Shown here in pieces: positions 25,342 through 32,000 of a stretch of 32,000 nt of DNA. A model generated the notes under the pieces. The model worked only from the letters and a program-made list of their open reading frames with translations. It did no database searches and was not told the origin of the DNA. How positions within the stretch are numbered: position 1 is the stretch's first letter; the number at the start of each line of letters is the position of its first letter. Position numbers and translations under genes: made by a program. This stretch comes from Verrucomicrobiota bacterium (GTDB taxonomy: Bacteria > Verrucomicrobiota > Verrucomicrobiia > Chthoniobacterales > UBA6821), in contig WBXG01000005.1 in assembly GCA_008932965.1 (NCBI GenBank), positions 1 to 32,000 of the forward strand. Direction: 5' to 3'.

Positions 25342-27696
25342 TTAATTTTCCATTTTTGAAACTAAAATCACAACAGAGCGTGATTCTACTAAGTAACTTT
25401 CCGCATTGATGGAAGGGGCTTCTTTCCAAGGGAGGATGTCCTGAGGCGATTCCTTAAAAGTATCAATACAACAACGCCAGGGTGTGTAGAAATTAGTGCA
25501 CAAGGGAATTTCAAATTCTAGAGATTTCCAAAAAGAATTGATCATGATATGAATCATCACTTTGTGATCATAATTACGCATTGTTGCAGCTAAGGCGTGT
25601 GAATCTGCACCTAGGTCAGGAGCATTGAGTTTGACACCATGCCACTCAATGGCTTTTTCGATAAGAAGTTCTCTCAATGTTTGAGCATAGGTGTCACAAA
25701 GATGACTGCGGTCTAAACGAAAATTAATGAGTTGCCGTGTGAATCGATGGATATCGGCATGTTTCTTGAGGAGGGACCAGTCAAAGGATCCGATATCACC
25801 TGCATGACAGTAGGCATTGTTATTTCCTTGTTGAGTACGTCTCACCTCATCACCAGCTAAAATCATTGGTGTTCCTACAGAGAAAAAAAGTATTGTTAAA
25901 AAATTTTTAATTTGTCGATTGCGTAATTTTTCAATTTCAGAATCCTCCGTAGGCCCCTCCATTCCGCAATTCCAGCTGCAATTGAAATTAGATCCATCGC
26001 GGTTGTTTTCTTGATTAGCTTCATTATGCTTTTCATTATAGCTCACCAGATCATTGAGAGTAAAACCATCGTGACAGGTAATAAAATTGACGCTCTGTTC
26101 AGGGTTTCTCTCTTCATTTTCATAAATATCTGGGCTCCCTGTCATGCGGTAAGCAAGAGATCTAATAGTATTATTATCTCCTTTAATAAAAGAGCGAACA
26201 TCATCACGAAAATGTCCATTCCACTCATTCCAGGAATCTCCAGGAAAATGTCCCACTTGGTACAGTCCGGCAGCATCCCATGCCTCTGCAAATAACTTAA
26301 TGTTTGCTAGTACAGGATCGGATTCGATATCCCAGATAGTAGGAGGATGAGCCATGGGAGTTCCTGATTCATCACGAGAGAGAATAGAGGCTAGATCAAA
26401 ACGAAAACCATCGATATGCATCTCATCAACCCAATAACGAAGAGAGTCAAGAATGAGACGACGCACAATAGATTCATTAGCGTTGAAGGTATTTCCACAA
26501 CCACTAAAGTCAGCATAGGTTGCTTTATCTTTTCCTAAAATATAGTAGGTTTCATTGCCAAGTCCACGGAAAGAGAGTGTAGGGCCATGAAGGCCTCCTT
26601 CCGTAGTGTGATTAAAAACGACATCGAGAATTACTTCAATGTTTGCACGATGCAGTGCTTTGACCATGGAACGAAATTCATCTAATACGGCTAATGGCTC
26701 TTTTTTTGAGGAATACTGAGGATGCGGTGCAAAAAAAGCATAGGGTTGATAGCCCCATATATTAGAAAGGCCATCGGGTGCGTCTTCCGGGTCAAAGGCA
26801 AAGATCGGGAGTAATTCCACAGCAGTGATTCCAAGCTCTTTTAAATAGGGGATTTTTTCAATAACTCCAGCATAGGTACCTCTTTTTTCAGGAGAGAGAC
26901 CAGAATTAGGATTGCTAGTGAATGTCCCAATATTCATTTCGTAAATAACTGTTTTACATAAAGGATGGCGCAAAGGCAAATCACCCTCCCAATCGTAAGA
27001 TTTAGAATGAACAACTACATTTTTTATCGCAGTAACACAATTATCCCCTGGTGCTGCAGCAGCTTTACGGGAACGAGAAGAAGGGAGAGCTATACATTTT
27101 CCATAAGGATCAAGTAATACTTTTTCAGAGTCAAAGCGAAGTCCCTCCTTGCTATTAAAGGGACCATACATACGCCAAGCATAAATTTGGCCCTCTTTCA
27201 GACCAGGTACAAAAACATGCCAATAATGATAAGATCTATTTTGCTGGGTTGTAAGTGGAATCACTTTCGAGGGCTTGGTATCCTCAATATGATCAAAAAG
27301 CAGCAACTCCGCCTGCTTTGCATGTTTTGAAAAGATGCTAAAGTTAACGCCATGCTTAAATACAGTGGCTCCAAGTGGAAAACTTCTCCCCGTCTCCTTG
27401 CCAAATGCTGCTCTTGAAACTAATCCAGATATTTCATGCTCATCACCTACAACAATTGGGGAGCCAGATGGATGCTGCGATGAGCTCAAAGTAGTGCTCT
27501 GGCAGTGTATGCTTGCACCTAGGTCGTCAGACTTCATCACATATCCTGACCCATCAGGCTTCGCAGCCTCCTCGTCACGATCAGTATGAAATATCTCAGT
27601 GAGCTGGGAGGACTCCATGTTTACCTCCTTGGGTTTATTCAAGGACTGAGCGCTAGGAGCTGCTCCAGGGATATTCTTTGTGGTAAGATCTGTCAT
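25342..27696 (-). CDS. glgX: Glycogen debranching enzyme GlgX with a repeat-derived N-terminal extension
   Basis: GH13 debranching core beginning FPLGATVFKHGVNFSIFSKHAKQAELLLFD at about residue 105, with GFRFDLAS and EAWD motifs. About 100 extra N-terminal residues include a translated copy of the MITE-like repeat. An alternative start is the ATG at 27537, inside the repeat. Confidence 0.88.
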   Translation of the reverse strand: MTDLTTKNIPGAAPSAQSLNKPKEVNMESSQLTEIFHTDRDEEAAKPDGSGYVMKSDDLGASIHCQSTTLSSSQHPSGSPIVVGDEHEISGLVSRAAFGKETGRSFPLGATVFKHGVNFSIFSKHAKQAELLLFDHIEDTKPSKVIPLTTQQNRSYHYWHVFVPGLKEGQIYAWRMYGPFNSKEGLRFDSEKVLLDPYGKCIALPSSRSRKAAAAPGDNCVTAIKNVVVHSKSYDWEGDLPLRHPLCKTVIYEMNIGTFTSNPNSGLSPEKRGTYAGVIEKIPYLKELGITAVELLPIFAFDPEDAPDGLSNIWGYQPYAFFAPHPQYSSKKEPLAVLDEFRSMVKALHRANIEVILDVVFNHTTEGGLHGPTLSFRGLGNETYYILGKDKATYADFSGCGNTFNANESIVRRLILDSLRYWVDEMHIDGFRFDLASILSRDESGTPMAHPPTIWDIESDPVLANIKLFAEAWDAAGLYQVGHFPGDSWNEWNGHFRDDVRSFIKGDNNTIRSLAYRMTGSPDIYENEERNPEQSVNFITCHDGFTLNDLVSYNEKHNEANQENNRDGSNFNCSWNCGMEGPTEDSEIEKLRNRQIKNFLTILFFSVGTPMILAGDEVRRTQQGNNNAYCHAGDIGSFDWSLLKKHADIHRFTRQLINFRLDRSHLCDTYAQTLRELLIEKAIEWHGVKLNAPDLGADSHALAATMRNYDHKVMIHIMINSFWKSLEFEIPLCTNFYTPWRCCIDTFKESPQDILPWKEAPSINAESYLVESRSVVILVSKMEN
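27421..27601 (+). mobile_element. MITE-like repeat family, copy E (181 bp, diverged), embedded antisense in the glgX reading frame
   Basis: The left end taatccagatatttcat, the internal block ccagatggatgctgcg, and ggcttcgcagcctcctcgtcacgatcagtatgaaatat align with copies A, B and D at the same spacing. Confidence 0.8.
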
Positions 27697-27784
27697 GGAA
27701 GCACTACATTTTGAATGAGAACGGCATTTCTTAAAATTTCAGAGGGGTCCTCTCTTACTCATGATAAGGCCTATTTTTCTCTAT

Positions 27785-28939
27785 TTAGGAGATAGCATCA
27801 ACTTTACTGAGGCGACGTAGATGTCTCTCTGCATGACTGTAGTTACTCTGAAGAAAGGTTTGAACGAGATCCCAAGCGACCTCTAGTCCCATTGTTCTTC
27901 CTCCCATACAAAGAAGATTGATATGATCATCTTCAACTCCCTGCTTGGCGGAAAAGTGATCTTCAATAAGTGCTGCTCGAACTCCTTGGATTTTGTTAGC
28001 ACAGACAGTCACTCCAACCCCACTTCCGCATATGGCAATACCTCGAGCGACTGTTCCCTTGGAAACAGCATGCGATAATGGAATGATGTAGTCAGGATAA
28101 TCATCTTCAGGAACGAGTGTAGGAGCACCAAAATCAGTAACGTGATATCCTAGAAATTGAAGTCGTTTTACTAACGCCTCCTTGAGCTCAAAACCACCGT
28201 GATCTGAAGCGATACCTATGGTGAGTGGATGTTCTTTCCATAGGGAGAGATCTAGGGAGCCTAAAGCTGTAGTATCCGCAAATAGAGTTGCTTGATTTTG
28301 CTGGACTACCCCGCCTGGAATAGAGGCATCACGATTTAAAAGATGACACAAAGCTCCTGTTTTTTCTTTTCCTGTAACAACCCAGAGAATTTTTCTAGCA
28401 CGATTAATGACGGGGTATGTTAATGTCATACGCTGATGATTTTGATAAACTCCTGTAATGGCTACCTCTCGATCAACAACATCTAAAACGGAATCTCCAG
28501 GAATGAGTGAAGCAGTATGACCATCTGGTCCAAGTCCAAGATGAATTAAATCCAAAAGGATTGGAGAACCTGTAATATTCTCTAAAAGATGAGTATATTG
28601 TTGGGTTGCAGCCTCAATGTGCTTCTCCTCAACAGGCATTGCAATTATTTGCTCAGGTGGCAATGGAGCGTGACTTAGGAGACTTTCTTGAAGGTGAGTT
28701 AAATTTCGATCTGCTGATCCGCTCGGAGCGATACGTTCATCTACTTGAAAAATATAAACATTTTCCCATGGGATCTCCTCTTGAGCAAGCATGCGCAGCA
28801 TGATCCAGGGAGTTTTACCACCACTCACTGCCATTACAAAACGACCCCGTTCTGCAACCGCTGCCCGAGCTGTAGCAGCTATAAAACAAGCTGCTTCTCG
28901 AGCCACAGAAGTCTCATCAGGAAAAATTTCAATATTCAT
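27785..28939 (-). CDS. Fusion protein: 6-phosphogluconolactonase (N-terminal) and ribose-5-phosphate isomerase B (C-terminal)
   Basis: The N-terminal half has AVSGGKTP, FQVDERIAP and GLGPDGHTASL (Pgl/DevB type). The C-terminal roughly 145 aa has IGIASDHGGFELK and CGSGVGVTVCANK (RpiB/LacAB type). It is a single uninterrupted 384-aa ORF. Confidence 0.85.
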   Translation of the reverse strand: MNIEIFPDETSVAREAACFIAATARAAVAERGRFVMAVSGGKTPWIMLRMLAQEEIPWENVYIFQVDERIAPSGSADRNLTHLQESLLSHAPLPPEQIIAMPVEEKHIEAATQQYTHLLENITGSPILLDLIHLGLGPDGHTASLIPGDSVLDVVDREVAITGVYQNHQRMTLTYPVINRARKILWVVTGKEKTGALCHLLNRDASIPGGVVQQNQATLFADTTALGSLDLSLWKEHPLTIGIASDHGGFELKEALVKRLQFLGYHVTDFGAPTLVPEDDYPDYIIPLSHAVSKGTVARGIAICGSGVGVTVCANKIQGVRAALIEDHFSAKQGVEDDHINLLCMGGRTMGLEVAWDLVQTFLQSNYSHAERHLRRLSKVDAIS

Positions 28940-29033
28940 ACAAAAGTTTTTAAAGTGAGGGGTTTTTGGAAATGGGATAATCTCATCTGCAGAGCGATGA
29001 GGTTGTTAGAAAAACAAAAAAAATATCTTAGTT

Positions 29034-30404
29034 CTACTGAGGATTATGCCATCCTCCTTTTGGAAGAAGGTGCAAGTCTGTTTCTTGAGGGCCCCAAGTA
29101 TGAATTTCATACTGATAAATCGGGGTGCTAGCTTTGATGATCGGGTCAACAATACGCCAAGCTTCCTCGACATAGTCTTCACGAGCAAAAAGAGTTGGGT
29201 CGCCTGCGAGAGCATCTGTTAACACGCGCTCGTAAGCAGTCATTTCAATAGAATCTGGTTGATGAGTTGTGATGAGTTCAACAGAACGGCTTTCTGTTTC
29301 ATTATCAGGGTTCACAGCATTCATCCCCATGCCAATAATGACTTCCGGGCTAATACGAATACGAATATGATTTTGTCTTACTTGGTAGTTCGTATAAAAG
29401 GGAGTGCTTGGCTTTAATCTAATAAAGATTTCAGTGCATTCTACTGGAAGATTCTTGCCAGCTCTCAAAAAGATAGGGACTCCTTGCCAACGTGGAGAAT
29501 TCACCTCAAGTTGAAGAGCTGCGAATGTTTCTGTTTGAGAGCCACCAACAACACCTGGTTCTTGGAGATAGCCTTGAAATTGACCTCGTATGATATTTTT
29601 CTCTGAGAGTGGGGGTATTGCTTGGAGCACTTTTACCTTTTCATCTCTAATAGATTCACTGTCGAGACCTTGAGGCTGCTCCATAAGAATGTTGGTTAAT
29701 AACTGGAAAAGATGATTTTCCATGACGTCACGGACGGTTCCAGTTTTATCATAAAAACTTCCCCTTCCTTGAACTCCAAAATCTTCTGCCATTGTGATCT
29801 GAATGCTTTCTATATGATCACTACTCCAAAGAGCTTCAGGGATCATATTTGTAAATCGGAAAAAAAGCATGTTATGTACAACCGGTTTTCCCAAATAATG
29901 ATCAATCCTAAAAATGCGTGATTCATCAAAGACATTGAGTAAAATAGCATTTAATTTTTTCGCTGATTCTAGATCCGTGCCAAAGGGTTTCTCAATAACA
30001 ACACGTGCATTTGCTCCAGCACATCCGGAGGAACTGAGCTTTTCGACAACAAGTCCAAAAAGAAGAGGAGGAATAGCTAAATAGTGAGCTGGATGGGTTG
30101 AGGTGCCAAGTTCTTGGCGTAGTAAATCATAGGTGGAATCATCATTGTAATCTCCATCTACGTAGCGTAGGAGATTTGAGAGTTTTTTCCATGCATCAGG
30201 ATCAAGACCTCCATGTTTCTCAAGACTATCCTGAGCCCGTGCTTTGAGTTGATCTAGATTCCATCCTGCTTTGGCAACTCCAATAATAGGGATGTCAAGA
30301 TGGCCTCGCTTGACCATTGCTTGTAGTGATGGGAATATTTTTTTATAAGCGAGATCACCAGTCGCACCAAAAAAAACAAGGGCATCAGAAGAGTGGTTTT
30401 TCAT
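29034..30404 (-). CDS. zwf: Glucose-6-phosphate 1-dehydrogenase
   Basis: 456-aa ORF with FGATGDLAYKKIFPSL (NADP site), the active-site motif RIDHYLGKP and EKPFG. Confidence 0.93.
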   Translation of the reverse strand: MKNHSSDALVFFGATGDLAYKKIFPSLQAMVKRGHLDIPIIGVAKAGWNLDQLKARAQDSLEKHGGLDPDAWKKLSNLLRYVDGDYNDDSTYDLLRQELGTSTHPAHYLAIPPLLFGLVVEKLSSSGCAGANARVVIEKPFGTDLESAKKLNAILLNVFDESRIFRIDHYLGKPVVHNMLFFRFTNMIPEALWSSDHIESIQITMAEDFGVQGRGSFYDKTGTVRDVMENHLFQLLTNILMEQPQGLDSESIRDEKVKVLQAIPPLSEKNIIRGQFQGYLQEPGVVGGSQTETFAALQLEVNSPRWQGVPIFLRAGKNLPVECTEIFIRLKPSTPFYTNYQVRQNHIRIRISPEVIIGMGMNAVNPDNETESRSVELITTHQPDSIEMTAYERVLTDALAGDPTLFAREDYVEEAWRIVDPIIKASTPIYQYEIHTWGPQETDLHLLPKGGWHNPQ

Positions 30405-30488
30405 AAAATGGTTTTTAAATTTCTATAGCGAAAACTAGCTTCTAGGTATTTCTAATACGTATTCCTACTTGGTGAGTTGAATTATTTA

Positions 30489-31535
30489 TTAATCCTTTTT
30501 TTCAAGATGTCCTCCGAAGCCAAAGCGCATCGCAGAGAGGATTTTATTTTGGAATTCAGCTTCACCACGTGAGCTAAAACGGGCATAGAGTGCTGTTGTA
30601 AGGACAGGTGCTGGTGTTCCTTCATCGATTGCAGCCTTAATTGTCCAGCGTCCTTCTCCAGAGTCAGAAACACGACCTGCAAATTTACTGAGTGCTGGAT
30701 CTTGAGCAAAAGCATTTGCAGTGAGGTCAAGTAACCATGAAGCAATAACGCTTCCACGACGCCATACCTCGGATATTTCAGGAAGATCCATATCGTACTG
30801 ATAATGCTCTGGATCACGAAGTGGAGTTGTCTCAGCATCGATATCATGAGTCTTCTTTCCAATATCAGAATTTTTAATGATACTAAGTCCCTCTGCATAG
30901 GCTGCCATGATGGCATACTCGATACCGTTATGAACCATTTTTACAAAATGGCCTGCTCCATTAGGTCCACAATGGAGATATCCATTTTCTGCGGTTCCTT
31001 TATTAGGAGGACGCCCCTCCGTCCGTGGAATCGTTCCAATACCAGGAGCTAATGTTTCGAAGATAGGGTCAAGATATTGAACGGAATTTTTCTCTCCACC
31101 AATCATCATGCAGTAACCACGTTCGAGTCCCCAGACTCCACCGCTTGTCCCGACATCAACATAATGAATATTTTTTGCAGCAAGCTCTTTAGCACGTCGT
31201 ATATCATCGATATAATAGGAGTTACCACCATCAATAATAATATCATCTTTGCTTAAATGAGGTACGAGTTCAGCAATGGTTTCATCAACAACTGCTGCAG
31301 GAACCATGAGCCAAATGGCACGAGGAGTTGTTAACTTGGAAACCATGTCACTTAGCGATGTGGAGCCAATTGCCCCTTCTTTTTCTAAGATAGTCACATT
31401 CTCCTGGGACTGATCAAAGGCAATGCAATGATGCCCCTCCTTCATAAGACGTCGAACCATGTTAGCGCCCATACGACCAAGACCAACCATTCCAAGTTGC
31501 ATTGCTTTAGGATTATTCATAATTTGAGATTTCAA
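30489..31535 (-). CDS. gnd: 6-phosphogluconate dehydrogenase, decarboxylating (short-form, Gnd-like)
   Basis: Contains [19 protein letters not shown] (Rossmann fold), [16 protein letters not shown], and a short C-terminus typical of the 300-350 aa form. Start uncertain: TTG 31535, ATG 31520 or ATG 31502. Confidence 0.88.
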   Translation of the reverse strand: MKSQIMNNPKAMQLGMVGLGRMGANMVRRLMKEGHHCIAFDQSQENVTILEKEGAIGSTSLSDMVSKLTTPRAIWLMVPAAVVDETIAELVPHLSKDDIIIDGGNSYYIDDIRRAKELAAKNIHYVDVGTSGGVWGLERGYCMMIGGEKNSVQYLDPIFETLAPGIGTIPRTEGRPPNKGTAENGYLHCGPNGAGHFVKMVHNGIEYAIMAAYAEGLSIIKNSDIGKKTHDIDAETTPLRDPEHYQYDMDLPEISEVWRRGSVIASWLLDLTANAFAQDPALSKFAGRVSDSGEGRWTIKAAIDEGTPAPVLTTALYARFSSRGEAEFQNKILSAMRFGFGGHLEKKD

Positions 31536-31543
31536 GGTTAAGG

Positions 31544-32000
31544 TTAAAAGTTTTGGGAAGAAGAAAGTTGTTTCATTGCTGCTGCAATACCAAGAGGAGA
31601 TTTAAAAATAGAAGTTCCAGCCACAAAAACAGTTGCTCCTGCTTTTTCAGCAAGTGAAATAGTTGAAGCATCAATACCTCCATCAACTTCTAATTCACAT
31701 TCTGGATTATTCAGTGCAATCATCTTCTCAATGAGTCCAATTTTCTTTAATGTAAGCTGCAAGAAGTGCTGGCTTCCAAAGCCAGGATTAACAGTCATTA
31801 CTAAGACAAGATCTAGTTCTGGTAAGATTTCCTCGAGAACACAAGCAGGAGTTGCAGGGTTAATTGCTACTCCAATTTTTTTACCAATCTGTTTAGCTTT
31901 TTGGACTGTCCTATGTAAATTATTGTTTCCTTCATAATGAACAATAAAGCTGCTAGCCCCAGCTTGAGCAAATTCTTCCATAAAGAAATCAGGGTTAGTG
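31544..32000 (-). CDS. rpe: Ribulose-phosphate 3-epimerase (partial; N-terminus lies beyond the window end)
   Basis: Contains [15 protein letters not shown] and LEVDGGI, with a C-terminal VAGTSIF. The ORF stays open to the window edge. Confidence 0.88.
   Translation of the reverse strand, partial: TNPDFFMEEFAQAGASSFIVHYEGNNNLHRTVQKAKQIGKKIGVAINPATPACVLEEILPELDLVLVMTVNPGFGSQHFLQLTLKKIGLIEKMIALNNPECELEVDGGIDASTISLAEKAGATVFVAGTSIFKSPLGIAAAMKQLSSSQNF

Overview
This looks like a chromosomal segment from a moderately AT-rich bacterium. The gene order tRNA-Thr, tuf, tRNA-Trp, secE, nusG and the EF-Tu N-terminus ([27 protein letters not shown]) resemble what I remember of Chlamydiae/Verrucomicrobia (PVC group). 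That taxonomic guess is inference only.

Gene content is mostly housekeeping: tatC, an MFS transporter, HIT, nrdR, a UbiD-family decarboxylase, a squalene/phytoene-synthase-like gene, pgsA, der, pdxH, tuf, secE, nusG, recJ, proC, photolyase, Ni-superoxide dismutase, pdxJ and 4 tRNAs. A roughly 10 kb same-strand carbohydrate block follows: rpe, gnd, zwf, a pgl-rpiB fusion, glgX, a sugar-kinase-like gene and glgE.

The unusual part is repeat biology rather than gene content:
1. A 181-bp repeat family bounded by terminal inverted repeats (TIRs) and flanked by TA. It has 3 full-length 181-bp copies, 2 shorter or edge-truncated near-full copies and 2 fragments. A central hairpin covaries between copies, and one copy is translated inside the glgX reading frame.
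2. An 87-bp near-perfect palindromic element sits exactly in frame (29 codons) inside recJ, just after the DHH motif.
3. Two inverted arrays of heptanucleotide tandem repeats (12 and 33 units) fill the pgsA-der spacer. They contain canonical G-quadruplex motifs.
4. glgE is paired with a small APH-fold kinase that resembles an anomeric sugar kinase, not with a TreS-Mak type maltokinase.
5. The NiSOD has a Sec-type signal peptide whose predicted cleavage site would expose the Ni-hook histidine.

The starts I checked by eye lack Shine-Dalgarno motifs.
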